Positions 48,471-59,790 of a stretch of DNA of 64,000 nt are shown here, piece after piece. The stretch lies in IMG/VR virus record IMGVR_UViG_3300033066_001283, positions 86,264 to 150,263 of that record; one strand, given 5' to 3'. This DNA comes from a virus (lineage: Duplodnaviria > Caudoviricetes). The translations under genes and the position numbers were made by a program. The notes beneath the pieces were generated by a model that did no database searches, was not told the DNA's origin, and worked only from the letters and a program-made list of their open reading frames with translations. Position 1 is the first letter of the stretch. Each line of letters begins with the position of its first letter.

Positions 48471-48872
48471 ATGAGCACAACACGCAGAGAAATCCTTAAA
48501 GCAGCACCACTTGCTCTTCTTAGTGGTGGTTTCGCCATTCCCCTTCTATCAGCCTTCACTGAAGATGATTTGAAGAAAGCTGAGAAAGGAAAGGTGATTA
48601 AGCAAGAAGCCAAAGCCGTTAAGGTGCATCCAAGCCTCCACAAATATTCACCATCCGAAGCATTTGTTTGGCCATATCCGACAGAACCTATTCTTACCCT
48701 AGGTCCTGCCTTTCTCAATGAGCTTCCATGTGAAATTATTGGCCTACATCTCTTCAGCCCGGTGACCGTGGCCAAGCAGCCAAAACATAGTAGTTACTAT
48801 TTGTTGAGATTTCAATCTATTATCCAAATAGATAATACTCATCAGACGTTCATCCTGTCACAAACAATTTAA
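48471..48872 (+). CDS. Protein with twin-arginine (Tat)-like signal
   Basis: MSTTRREILKAAPLALLSGG. Confidence 0.5.
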   Translation: MSTTRREILKAAPLALLSGGFAIPLLSAFTEDDLKKAEKGKVIKQEAKAVKVHPSLHKYSPSEAFVWPYPTEPILTLGPAFLNELPCEIIGLHLFSPVTVAKQPKHSSYYLLRFQSIIQIDNTHQTFILSQTI

Positions 48873-48876
48873 TTTT

Positions 48877-48952
48877 CCCCCGGTAGCTCAGTGAATAGAG
48901 CGGGTGGTTTCTACCCACTAGGTCAGGGGTTTGAGTCCCTTCTGGGGGGCCA
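48877..48952 (+). tRNA. tRNA-Arg(UCU)
   Basis: Cloverleaf CCCCCGG/CTGGGGG, anticodon loop TT-TCT-AC, encoded CCA. Confidence 0.88.
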
Positions 48953-49169
48953 AAATGTTCAAGTTGAACGCTACTCTGAGGCATCAGAAGTGCTAGGCTT
49001 GATCTACTCCACAACAATAGAGAACTGGTTGTGGCTCAAAGTATAAACATGGAACATCGGGTTTGATTATGGTTGCAACCGTAATCAAGCTGCAGACGCA
49101 TCATATAGACCAGTATACTGGGTATGATGTCTTAGTCTGACTAATCAATTTTCTACATTGAGGGTATCT

Positions 49170-49445
49170 ATGAAGAAACTTACCAATTCAATCATGCTCG
49201 GCAGTGTAATGCTGATGGGCTTTCTAGTTACTAGCATTGCGATGCCGATCCAATCAGTGGTCAGCTATCCAAAATGCTGTCAAGACCAGCCAATGGGGGC
49301 AAGATGCTCTGATGCAAAATTCAAAGCAGCATGCTACCGAGCCTGCCAGAAGGGTTGTGGCGACCCTGATGGATTACCAGGAAAGAAATGCCGATTGGAT
49401 TGTGACCGATACTTCGGCAATGTGTCAACAGGAGGAACGATGTGA
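49170..49445 (+). CDS. Secreted Cys-rich small protein
   Basis: Signal peptide then 8 Cys. Confidence 0.5.
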   Translation: MKKLTNSIMLGSVMLMGFLVTSIAMPIQSVVSYPKCCQDQPMGARCSDAKFKAACYRACQKGCGDPDGLPGKKCRLDCDRYFGNVSTGGTM

Positions 49446-49921
49446 ATCTCAACACAAAACTATTTCTTGGACTTATGCTCTTAAGCTTGGGAGCACTAGT
49501 TGCACTCAGTGTAAATCACTACGCTGAGAAGAATGATGACCAAAAACTGGTCAATGACTTCCCAAAGGAGCAGCAACCTATGATTGTGGCTATGCGGGAA
49601 GCAGAACGAACAGGCTCAATGAGCGATGAGAGTTGGAACAAAATGATCGGTTGGGTCAAATCAGAAGACGCTGACCGAGCAGCATTCGCTCTAAGCGCCC
49701 TCATGGAAGAGAGAAATACCTCTAGAAGGGCCCAGATTGCCCCGCTGGCGACCGCTATCGCCCTTACCCCTCCCGTAACGGATGGGGACGGCTATCTACG
49801 CTGTAAAGCGATTATAACGCTAAAAAACATAGGAGATCCTGATTGGAAATCCTATGCAAAAGCGATCCTGGAACAGGACAAAAGAGCTTTAGTGCAAGAG
49901 AGCATCAAGCCCTTGCTGTAA
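49442..49921 (+). CDS. Membrane-anchored helical (HEAT-like) protein
   Basis: N-terminal TM; RCKAIITLKNIGDP. Confidence 0.45.
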   Translation: MNLNTKLFLGLMLLSLGALVALSVNHYAEKNDDQKLVNDFPKEQQPMIVAMREAERTGSMSDESWNKMIGWVKSEDADRAAFALSALMEERNTSRRAQIAPLATAIALTPPVTDGDGYLRCKAIITLKNIGDPDWKSYAKAILEQDKRALVQESIKPLL

Positions 49922-50078
49922 GATTTCACCAGAAGTGGTGAAAACATCGAGCCAAGTAGCTCACCGTATAATCAACGGAGGAGATCATGTAACCATATCC
50001 CTACACACAACCTGAGATTGATTAGAAACGCAAATATGTGAGTTCATTGGGGCAGAGCGACAACTGCCCCAAGTCTCT

Positions 50079-50164
50079 GGCCGGGTGGTGGAATTGGTAG
50101 ACAGTGCGGACTTAAAATCCGTTGCCCCTTGGGCGTGTGGGTTCAAGTCCCACCCCGGCCACCA
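50079..50164 (+). tRNA. tRNA-Leu(UAA)
   Basis: GGCCGGG/CCCGGCC-A-CCA, GCGGA-CTTAAAA-TCCGT, long variable arm, GGTTCAAGTCC. Confidence 0.93.
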
Positions 50165-50166
50165 AT

Positions 50167-50388
50167 ATGCTAACAAATCTAGGATTCTCAATCGTTTCAG
50201 GTCATATCTTAGGAACTGCATTAGCCATAAGAAGATTCAGAGCTATTCTTAAAGCAGAAATTCCTGATGATGCTAAGAAGATCATTGCAAAGGCTTGTGA
50301 CGAAACAACATTGGTTATTATCTTTTGTACCATTTTGACCGTAGGTACATGGATACTAGTTCACAAGCTTTGGCCAACACCAATTTAA
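50167..50388 (+). CDS. Small membrane protein
   Basis: Start revised to ATG just after tRNA-Leu; two hydrophobic segments. Confidence 0.45.
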   Translation: MLTNLGFSIVSGHILGTALAIRRFRAILKAEIPDDAKKIIAKACDETTLVIIFCTILTVGTWILVHKLWPTPI

Positions 50389-50538
50389 AGAATTCACTGG
50401 CGAAAGCTGGTGGGTAAACCAAAAAACAACAAGGAGTAACCCCTATTAACAGGAAACTCCTGGCGTTGCACAAATAGACGCGTGGAACATCTGATGGGGG
50501 TTGGGAGTCATCCTGACCCCTCCGTTCGAGGGAATCTT

Positions 50539-50877
50539 ATGGAATTTGAAGTTCAAAAACAAGCGTTACTGCAAAGTGGCAGCAAGAAAATGGCTAGGCT
50601 TGCAATAGAACTGCGAGATCTAACTGGAGACAAGTTTGATGAGCTCTATCGGAACGAAAGAGATAAGTTTCCATTCAGATATCTTCCTGATAAGTGGGTG
50701 AGAGGCCATTTAGCTACGAAAGTTTGGAGCATGCTTGAAGCGGACAAAGATCTTTGCTTACTGAAGAAAAAGATTGGGGAGATCAAAAAGACATTGGATG
50801 AACTACCTGCCGGTGGTAAGATCAAAATCAGTCTACCAGTAAAGAATCTACTAATGGGGAGCTTCTATGGCGTATGA
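50539..50877 (+). CDS. Hypothetical protein
   Basis: GAGGG RBS before MEFEVQK. Confidence 0.5.
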   Translation: MEFEVQKQALLQSGSKKMARLAIELRDLTGDKFDELYRNERDKFPFRYLPDKWVRGHLATKVWSMLEADKDLCLLKKKIGEIKKTLDELPAGGKIKISLPVKNLLMGSFYGV

Positions 50878-51129
50878 GTTTCAAGTAGATTTCGTAGAAG
50901 GCTTATGTTTTCCGCTACCTAATGGGAAAATAGGCTACTGGTCACCACCGACTCCTATCTTTAGGGATTCGCCACCAGTTATAGGTGAAGGTAAAACAGT
51001 CGAAGAAGCTATAGATAAATATGAATTCATAGCTGCACTAACTGTTGTGATTCCAGAAAAACTATTTACATCGCGTAAATAACCATCATTAGTGATGGGG
51101 AATGGGGATAAGAACCCCAAGGAGAAAGC

Positions 51130-51375
51130 ATGAACATAGCAGCAATCAAGATGGCAGTGGCAGGCCTTGGCAAATTGGCAGCATACGCAATTCCCTTCGG
51201 GGCATTCCTTGCTGTTGGATTTAACATGGGCGAATCAGCTGTCAAATGGGTCAAAGACAAGTTCACTGGTGGATACCAAAAGACCAGGCAGAAGTGGGAT
51301 GAAAAGAAGACTGCAATGAAGACTGCAATGAAGGTTGCAGCTGCTTCTAAAGATCCAGCTTATCAATCTGCGTAA
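51130..51375 (+). CDS. Small membrane-associated protein
   Basis: AGGAG RBS; hydrophobic N-half. Confidence 0.5.
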   Translation: MNIAAIKMAVAGLGKLAAYAIPFGAFLAVGFNMGESAVKWVKDKFTGGYQKTRQKWDEKKTAMKTAMKVAAASKDPAYQSA

Positions 51376-51413
51376 TTATTACGCCACGACCGCACCATCT
51401 CTAGGAGACAAAA

Positions 51414-51839
51414 ATGGATGCAACAATGATTGCAGGTAAAACTGCAGGCAAAACAAAAGCAGCTAAGATTGCTAAAGCAAAGGCAATCGCAGCAAAACAA
51501 GCAGCAGCTAGTAAAGCTAAGGTTATCACACTGAATGCAGTGTTTCCTGGCTCACATGGCCCTGAAAAGGTCACGTTTACTGGCGATGCGAAGGAAGTCA
51601 AAGCAGGTGTCGAAAAGGCAAAAGCTCTGGCTGCTAAGGATCCTTCACAGGTAATCGTAAATGGCGCTCGAATGGATACACCAGTCGGCAAAGCAAAACT
51701 CTTTGCTATTGATCTTCAGGTCAATCAGGGAGTAGACAAGATCACTGCAGAGAAAGCAGCAGCAAAGCAATTTGGCCTTGGAGAGGACTTTAAGTTCTCT
51801 GATATAGGCTACAGAGGTGTCCAGCCCACGGCTGGATAG
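51414..51839 (+). CDS. Lys/Ala-rich basic protein
   Basis: AGGAG RBS; KTKAAKIAKAKAIAAKQAAASKAK. Confidence 0.55.
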   Translation: MDATMIAGKTAGKTKAAKIAKAKAIAAKQAAASKAKVITLNAVFPGSHGPEKVTFTGDAKEVKAGVEKAKALAAKDPSQVIVNGARMDTPVGKAKLFAIDLQVNQGVDKITAEKAAAKQFGLGEDFKFSDIGYRGVQPTAG

Positions 51840-51933
51840 ATCCCAAACCTGGCAAGTGGGTGGGGGCAGAAATGCCCCCAATCAATTATGGTTGCATTGC
51901 CTAAGACAAATCAATAGCAACTGAAGGTGAAAA

Positions 51934-52221
51934 ATGAGCAAAGTATACGGTATCAAGGAGGATAAAGAAGGTAGAGTTGAGTTAACAGAACAAAGCCAAG
52001 GACTAGGGCAGTCCATCTATTTCCTGACTGTTACAGAAAACATGAAGGTTGCTAGAGGCAAGCTGTCCAAGTCTAATTTCACAGTCAACCTCCTGCGAAG
52101 AGGGGAACAAAATCAGATTCTTCACACTTGGAGTGGATCTGACAGACAGACAACCTTGGAGCGGGCATGTCATGAACTGAAAGGTATCATCGATGCCCGT
52201 CGTGGAAATCAGAAAAAATGA
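51934..52221 (+). CDS. Hypothetical protein
   Basis: ORF with RBS. Confidence 0.5.
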   Translation: MSKVYGIKEDKEGRVELTEQSQGLGQSIYFLTVTENMKVARGKLSKSNFTVNLLRRGEQNQILHTWSGSDRQTTLERACHELKGIIDARRGNQKK

Positions 52222-52424
52222 AACTGTTGTGTTTAAGGAAACGTGCCAGTGCAGGTGCGAATTTGAAGCTATTTTGGAGCACGGCCTAGTAAGCGGAAAC
52301 ATTGAAGATGGAATGACTTGTCATTACATCGAGGAGTACGAAATATGCCCATCATCGCTATCGCCATCATACTCGGGGTAATATCACTCATACTCTGGGT
52401 TATTGTGAACTGGGATGAGATAAA

Positions 52425-52988
52425 ATGATCTTCTGGATGGTGCAGGCAATTGCAATCATGCACAGGCATCTCTGTAAAGAGATAAGAATGGATAGATCCA
52501 TTGAACAATGCTTCGATCCTGATCTGTATAATCTGTACCATTCAGAACCACCTAAACCTTACATTGATCCAGATAAGCTGGATAAGCTGACTAAGTGGTT
52601 TGAATATCACATTGATTGGGAGCAAGAAGTACCAGAACCAACTGAACCTATCTGGTGCAACGGTCACCCAATCTGGCCTGGTCAACCTGAATCATTAGTT
52701 AAGTTTCTTGAGATTTTCAATCAAGCACTTGAGGAAGGGGAGTATAACAGCATGCTTCTCTGGGATGATGAGGATCCAGTCATTGGACTAATCATCGCCC
52801 AACATCCTTATCCTGCTAAATTGGTGAAAGACTTATCTTTTGCAACACCAGGAATGAGGAGATTGAGAATTGATTATCTACGTGCACAAGGATTCACTGA
52901 AGAAGATGCTGAGCATGTAGTAATCGAAAAAGGATTAATTCCATGGATTACACATCCAATTGGGATAAAACTAATGGAGACAAAATAA
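52425..52988 (+). CDS. Hypothetical protein
   Basis: 187-aa ORF. Confidence 0.5.
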   Translation: MIFWMVQAIAIMHRHLCKEIRMDRSIEQCFDPDLYNLYHSEPPKPYIDPDKLDKLTKWFEYHIDWEQEVPEPTEPIWCNGHPIWPGQPESLVKFLEIFNQALEEGEYNSMLLWDDEDPVIGLIIAQHPYPAKLVKDLSFATPGMRRLRIDYLRAQGFTEEDAEHVVIEKGLIPWITHPIGIKLMETK

Positions 52989-53281
52989 TGATGTTCAGTC
53001 CTTACGCATGGATTTTCGCAGTTTGTGCAGTTGTCAGTATGCTCTGCACTGTAGCACAAACCATTCTAGCCTATCAAAGACTATGAGATTTCACATCACC
53101 CCAAAGCTTAGTGACCTATTTGGTAGGCCCACTTTAGTAGTTCATGAAACTACTGATACAGATGGAAAGGATTTCCATGATACGAGAGATAAGTTTATTG
53201 CTGAAGAAGCAAAACGTATCTTAGTCTATCTACTTAACGGTTCATGGAAACTGTACAACTTGACACAATTCGAGGAAAAGT

Positions 53282-54238
53282 ATGGCGTTACTTCAGCTCA
53301 TTTTGCCAGCGATGGCAATTATCCTGTTTATCCAATTCAAACTCAAGGGTAAACTGAAGGAATATTTCTGGAAAGTTCCAGTTCTTGTCAGTTCTACTGC
53401 ACTAAGTATTGGCGTTGGACATCTAGCTAAGGGTGTCATGGGACCGTATGGCGGATTCCTGGCTGACATCGTTATCTATCCAACTCTCGTATTTATGAAG
53501 AGGAGAGAGGAGAAGAAGCAGGAGAAACTTCGCAAGAAGACAACTGCAATTCTCAACTCAAAGTTAGGAGCAGCAACATGTTAGCAACAGTATTTGGCAC
53601 AGTTTTAGCTTTCATTGGCCCCTTCATTCCAGCCATTGGCGCTATTGCGGCTGGAATCACCGGAATTTATCTCCTACTCGTCTGCCTCAGATGGATGAGG
53701 AAGATTGTTGTAGGCCCAGAGGTTAGGACACCAGCACGAGCATGAAAGCATTTCTCATTGGCTTATTAGCATGGTCAGCATCAGCATGGCTGGCCACGAT
53801 CAACACACTCCCATATCTTACACCAGCAATTACCCTACTAGGATGGGGTGGTGGAATGATATGCACCCTCGGCGCTTTCCTATTCGCCTTTGATCTGTTC
53901 ATCAGAGAGGCAGAAGGGTCAGTAGATAGACTGAACAGAGTATCAGACAGACTCGAAAAGTACCCTAAAAGGAAAGTAGACGTGGAGGTTCCAGCATGAA
54001 AGTACTACTCTATCTACTCACATCCGCTGCGCTATGTCTGGTACTAGCACCAGCATTTCCTACAGCACTCAGTTTCACACTAGGTGGAGTAACTGAAGTC
54101 TTTGCTTCTGGCCCAATCGTCATCTTCCTGATTGTAGGTGTAACACATCTAGCCATGTGGAAACTAGGGGAAATTCTCAAGTTTCTCTGGAATAAGTGGA
54201 AGGATAGCCAAACTCCAAAAGGAAAAGTTCCAGCTTAG
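53282..54238 (+). other. Cluster of four translationally coupled small membrane proteins (53282..53584, 53578..53745, 53742..53999, 53996..54238)
   Basis: Each has TM helices; overlapping stop/start codons; 53578..53745 (MLATVFGTVLAFIGPFIPAIGAIAAG...) found manually. Confidence 0.55.
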
Positions 54239-54260
54239 GGCCGAAAGGCCCTGCATTTTT
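54237..54260 (+). terminator. Intrinsic terminator ending the GC-richer early block
   Basis: AGGGCC gaaa GGCCCT gca TTTTT. Confidence 0.7.
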
Positions 54261-55538
54261 AACCGCCTAGCATAAGAAAGAATCAGTTTGCTCTTTCCTG
54301 AATTAGAAAATGAGGGAAGAGATGAAATCCATTACCGAAGGTAATGAGACAATAACGCTAAGTTCGCTTTTCCGCCGCCTAGCATAGGTCTGGCGGAGGG
54401 CGGGTGGGCGGGACGAATTTAATAACCTCCATGCATCCTCTCCTAACAAAAGCACGCATGTAGACGTGCGAACTGGTCATTAAGAGTAGTTCTATTTCAT
54501 CCTTTGACGCCATTTAGGGTGATTTAGACTACTCTTATTTTTTAGTGATAAGAGTAATTTTGCATCGAGCTAAGATGATAAGCGGAATTCTGATGAAGTA
54601 TATTCCAAAAACTGATAATCTTAACCCAGATTATACTTGGGAGAATTATGTCTGGTACGATTTAGGTTTCTGGGGGTTAAGTTTTCTTAAATTCACTAAT
54701 TATTTCCACATTAATTTTGGATGTTCTGGGGTATCTAATTTTAAAGTTTATACTGAGTGGAAATATGATTCTCTTCTTAATTTAACTGATAAAGGGAAAT
54801 GGTTGGTGAAGTGGTAGAATATCAAATAATTCATGGACAATGGTATATGTTTACCATTAGGCATATGCAATTGAACTTTTTATCTATGCAGGGAGGAAGA
54901 AAGCCTTACATAATTGCGCATAATTATGGTATTGATCTCTTCAAAAGGCTTGATTTTAATACCCCCTATAGTATTGCTAAATGTATAGAATACACAAATT
55001 AACACCAAGTTGGATTACAGCATCTGTAATAGATGGGAATCCAGTTTCATGCCTAGACTTCTCAATTGAAGATGGATTATTTCTCTACCACTTCAATAGA
55101 TGGGATTGGACACCGGCAACACTCTTTACCACACCACGATCAACTGTTACAATAAGAACTAAGTGGGCACACGGCAATCCATTTAAACCTTTCAGTAAAA
55201 TAGTATTACCCCACTTCTAGCAATTCTGTACTAGAAAGAAGTGAGGATCTGAAAAGAATGATGAAATTGTATGCTTTTACGTCTGGATAAGAGTTTAAAC
55301 TAAGTAATTATGCGTAAATTAAAAAATAATTGAGTAGAATTTAGTATACCTTAGGCTAAGATTGATCTGCATCGGATTAAATTTATATCGAAACGAACGA
55401 GAAAACCGGATTTCCATGCTTCTTCAGTAAGAATTCTGCATTAATTATTTTATTTTTCACACATAACAACTAGAGGAGCTAATTTAACTCAAATCTAGGT
55501 ATTTCTTACTTAAATTTGTACTTAATTTACTGATAAAG

Positions 55539-55944
55539 GTGAATAAAATTAGATCTCAAACGATAATCTATGACTATGGCAAGCTATATTTCGAGAATCA
55601 TGCTCATGGACCCTGGCAATATTACGCCTGGACAGCCTGGGGCGTAGATTTTCTCCAATTTCATAGGAATAGAGTCACTTTTCTTGAGGATAATAAACAA
55701 TTAGACGTGATTTTGAACCTAAAATCAAGAAAATAAGTAAAAATTACTGATAAAGATGAATAGAAATCTCGAATCACAAGTAATATCTTACTCCGATAGG
55801 CTAGATTTTACCAAAAATCACTATAGGAACGGAACATGGGTCTACTACATATTTCATCATTACTCAAGAATCCCAATTCTAACGTATGTAAACAACGTAG
55901 CTGAGTTAGATTACACTTTAACAGTGATTTTGAACCTAAAATAG
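55539..55944 (+). other. Tandem paralogous small ORFs (55539..55736, 55756..55944)
   Basis: Shared upstream TTACTGATAAAG(G/A)TGAATA and terminal GTGATTTTGAACCTAAAAT (VILNLK). Confidence 0.6.
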
Positions 55945-56015
55945 ATAGAATCAACGTAAAAATAGGCAACAGATTAGATTTTTCAGTAGAAAAGTTAAGA
56001 GGAAATAGAGAAAAT

Positions 56016-56192
56016 TGACCAACTTCCGTTGGTCAGAACCCCGAGGAAATTAAGCCTAAGGCTTAAATCTATACCGTGGAAATTAAGCCTAAGGCTTATC
56101 TCTAACCGTGGAAATCATCCTAAGGCTTAAATCTATATCGAGGAACGTTAATTTAAGGCTTAAATCTATAGGAACGTTATTCTAAGGCTATA
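56016..56192. repeat. Five ~32-bp tandem repeats with palindromic core, preceded by an inverted repeat (candidate origin iterons)
   Basis: Units at 56041, 56074, 56106, 56138, 56171: CCG(A/T)GGAAATTAAGCCTAAGGCTTAAATCTATA; TGACCAAC ttcc GTTGGTCA at 56016-56035. Confidence 0.8.
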
Positions 56193-57725
56193 TTCAAGAC
56201 TTCATTTCTTTCTTCTCTCTATCATTCGTCTCTATTCTACGTATATCTTTATTCTTTCTTCATCTAATAGAAAAAGAAAGGTTCTTTTACTGATAGAAGC
56301 AAATCGTGGTAAGGCTCCCGTATAGCTATGTTTCTTTATTCTACCGTTTTATATGCACCAAAACTTGACTGGTTTTATAATGGTGATGGTTATAGCAATA
56401 GAATAACGCTTTGTGATGAAGATTTCTCCAGTCTCTATTCAATATCTAAAAGAAACAACTGGTTTTTGCTTAGTGCAGGTTCTTATTCAGTGTTAAGATT
56501 AAAATGAGTACAATCTTGATGGAATAAAAATATACTATGAATTTTAGGTATAAGAGTGAAGAGTTTCCATTTTACTCAAGTACTTATGTATGGGCTTTAA
56601 AAAGATGGACCTTCAGAATTAAATTTGAAAGAAGAGTAGACATGGGATTTGGATTTCAACATACCCATTTCGATTATTATGTCTAAACCCTATGGAATTT
56701 ATTACCCTATGGATAGAAAATTATCCATAGAGAATTGGCAACGGGATCTTGAATTCAAGTCAATGACTATGTTTATAACTCTTTTAGATAGTAATCATTG
56801 GCTTATTTGCAATACCACCTCAGTTTTATTATACCCTTCAAATGTACTTTTTATTTTACAAGAAATAGGTAAAAAATGAATAGATATAGCATAGCATGGG
56901 CTTCTTGGAAAAAATCTATAAGTATAAACTCATGGAAGCCAAAAAAAGAAGAGTATGAGAAATATCTATCACATATCCATATCTCTCCCCTTAATCATTG
57001 GATTCTTGTAGGAGATAAATTTGTTACATTACAAACCTCTTCAACGCCATCTCACTTGGGAAACTCAGTTACTATTAATTTTTTAAATGTTCTATTATCC
57101 ACAAAACTTCTCGATTGATTTAGATCCAAAAGGATTAAGACATTCAAGGACTGGTAATTCAACTATAATCTTTAGCTGTCTTTATACTGAAGAATGGGGT
57201 AAAACAGTAGTGATGAGATTTAGTTCAACCTATTTCTCCCTTGAACATCAATTTAAAATATTTGAAAAAGGAGTAAAAATATTCCAGAAAAAATAATCTT
57301 TAGAGATTCTAACCTAGAGTTAGGTAAATGGATACCTGATGAATATTATAAAGTCTATTTAGGCTTTATAACTATAAATTCAACTAATTATTGGTTATTA
57401 TTTAATAAGAATGGATCGTTATTAGTTACTAATATCCATTTCGAGTTTAAAAGAGTAGAAGTGATAAGGAAATGAGGAAAGAGATTTTTAAAGCTACAAC
57501 AAGTTATTGTTACAATCCCAGATATCCCCATCTCACTGAGATTCGTAACTACTCAAAGCTTAGTTCTATGTTCATGCTTTATCCTACTAGAAATTCTAAA
57601 CAAGATAAAGCTTATTTTCCATGGGAGAACGCCGCAGTAATAAGATTAGAAAAATCCCACATTAAAGTTGAGGACTTTCGAGTATTAACCAATCCTAATT
57701 TATCCGTCTTTGTAAGAGTAAAACT

Positions 57726-58220
57726 ATGATTACAGCTCCAATCAAACCAGAGATCAGTAATTCTCACCATTTTCCAGAGAGTAGATATTTCACTATTCCT
57801 ACTGCTACTGAAAAGAAATATAGACAGATAGAAGAGCCTACAGAAGAATTAAGTTTCGAACCAATCTATTTGACTGATACGAATTTTTCACTTTCGGATC
57901 TGATCTTTTCAACTGAGGAAGAAATTAATCTTCTCATTCTAGCAGAACAAGGAATAATAGGTCCTCAATCACCCTTGAGTTTGATAGAAAAGCTAGCAAC
58001 TAGTGTTAAGAATGAAGACATTCAAGAATTCTCTCTTGATTCTCTTCTTAAATGGGCAAAAGAAGAGGGTAAAGAAGAACTTCACCTAGTTGTTGGAGTA
58101 GCTGTTGAGTACGCAGAAAACCCCCAAATCTGTTTTGTTACCGAACGAGTAATTAACATCGAGAAAGAAACAAAGGCAATAGCCTTATTTGAGAAAATCT
58201 ATGGCAAAGACATTACGTAA
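57726..58220 (+). CDS. Acidic hypothetical protein
   Basis: 164-aa ORF. Confidence 0.5.
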   Translation: MITAPIKPEISNSHHFPESRYFTIPTATEKKYRQIEEPTEELSFEPIYLTDTNFSLSDLIFSTEEEINLLILAEQGIIGPQSPLSLIEKLATSVKNEDIQEFSLDSLLKWAKEEGKEELHLVVGVAVEYAENPQICFVTERVINIEKETKAIALFEKIYGKDIT

Positions 58221-58749
58221 ACGAACAGCAAGATTATTAGGACGACAGGCAGATTGGGAAAAGACTCAATCAGCTCTTTCAGGAACAAAGAGATCTAGGG
58301 AAATGAGGAAGCCTGGATCAGGGAAATCAAGGTCATCAGGCTAGATAAATTCACTATAGAAAACATTAGCATTGGGCGCTGTATTCTTTATTCCAGCGCC
58401 CAAATAAATCTTGAGGTTTGGAAGAAAGCAAATATGCTAGTTATTAGTAATTTTGGCAAATTTCGTCTAAATAATTCTCCAAATTTGGTCTTTATTTACA
58501 TAAAGTAAACCTAAAGATTTCAAAAGCCTGGTTTGGAAGGTAAACACCTATGGGTTACATACTAGTTAGATCCCTCACTATTAATCATTCTTTTTACAAA
58601 TTTGGAAAGATGTATATGGTTGGATGGGACTTTAACATTCATTATCCCAACGATAAAAGATATGGAAATGGATTAATAGGTGTAAATATGACGAAGGACT
58701 GTGCCATTGACACCTGGATAAATACCAAACTTGCAGTAGGAATTAAATC

Positions 58750-58977
58750 ATGAGGAAAGCATTCACACTTATCGAATTTCTCGTCGTTCTAGCAATTATG
58801 GCTATTCTTTTTGCAATTTTCATACCAGTATTTGGTGGTGCATCAAATAATCCCTATCAGTTTCTTTATGAAGAGAACGGTAAGAGTCACTATCAGAATA
58901 AGAATACAGGAGATTGTTTCTGGGCTTTTTCTGATGACGAAGAAGTAAGTTATCCAGAGCCATGTCAACAAAATTAA
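58750..58977 (+). CDS. Prepilin-type N-terminal cleavage/methylation domain protein
   Basis: MRKA|FTLIEFLVVLAIMAILFAIFIPVF type IV pilin leader with E5. Confidence 0.85.
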   Translation: MRKAFTLIEFLVVLAIMAILFAIFIPVFGGASNNPYQFLYEENGKSHYQNKNTGDCFWAFSDDEEVSYPEPCQQN

Positions 58978-59789
58978 CAGCTAAGGAAAAGATTCTTTTT
59001 GATCTTTATTACATGGAAAGACCTTGGACTAATAAAGAGCAAGGTATAACCATACTAATAGCTATATTAGAAACCATAGTTTTTGGAATACTAACCATAG
59101 TAAGTGTTCCACATGTTTTACCCTTTATTCTTCTGCTAACTAATTCTTTTCTGGCTCTAATTATGATTCTTTATTTAGGAACAGAAAGCGGAGATAATAG
59201 GTTTAGCTTGCTAACTTTTCTTGTTGCTATTCTACAAATAAACGCCGATAGAAATAGGCAAATTCTTAAGTTTAAGAAGAACATAGAAAATAAGGATGTT
59301 GATACTGAAGTAGCCTTAGTTGAGTATAAGCAAAAGATGGTTGCTATCTCAGCTCAGTTTGAAGAGTTTAACGAAAGAATTACTGAGCAGATAGAAGAAA
59401 TAGATAGTTCCATCTTTCAGCTAAACTCAATTGATTATCAACGTAACACTCCTAAAGCTACTTTAATTGAGGATCTAAAGAAAGATCTTAAAGCTGCAAG
59501 GAATACTTTGTGGAATCAAAGGAAAGAAGCTGAAGCTAGATTTGAGGCGTCAAAGCTTAAGTTCAATGCTGATACCAAGACAATTAAAGACCATACAGCT
59601 TTAGTTGAAATTCTTAGATCGCAAAGAGTTGTATCTAGAGCTAATTTCCTTATCGAAGAGAATAAGTTAATCCTTCAATCAATTCATGCCAATTTATCAG
59701 CACTTGAGGGTACTTGTAAGTCTTTGAATTCAGATTTGCAATGCTCCATAAATGCTATTTCAGAACTACGTGAGGTAACAAACGTCTAA
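58962..59789 (+). CDS. Membrane protein with long coiled coil (paralogue A)
   Basis: TM helices then coiled coil; LVEILRSQR...FLIEENKLIL. Confidence 0.6.
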   Translation: MSTKLTAKEKILFDLYYMERPWTNKEQGITILIAILETIVFGILTIVSVPHVLPFILLLTNSFLALIMILYLGTESGDNRFSLLTFLVAILQINADRNRQILKFKKNIENKDVDTEVALVEYKQKMVAISAQFEEFNERITEQIEEIDSSIFQLNSIDYQRNTPKATLIEDLKKDLKAARNTLWNQRKEAEARFEASKLKFNADTKTIKDHTALVEILRSQRVVSRANFLIEENKLILQSIHANLSALEGTCKSLNSDLQCSINAISELREVTNV

Positions 59790-59790
59790 G

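Noticed and set aside
56041-56192. CRISPR array
   Set aside because: Repeats abut one another with no unique spacers; no cas operon in the window
41823-58940. Other CTGATGA matches (41823, 44244, 50264, 57336, 58931) as hammerheads
   Set aside because: Mostly inside coding sequence, and I found no accompanying GAAA and three-stem pairing
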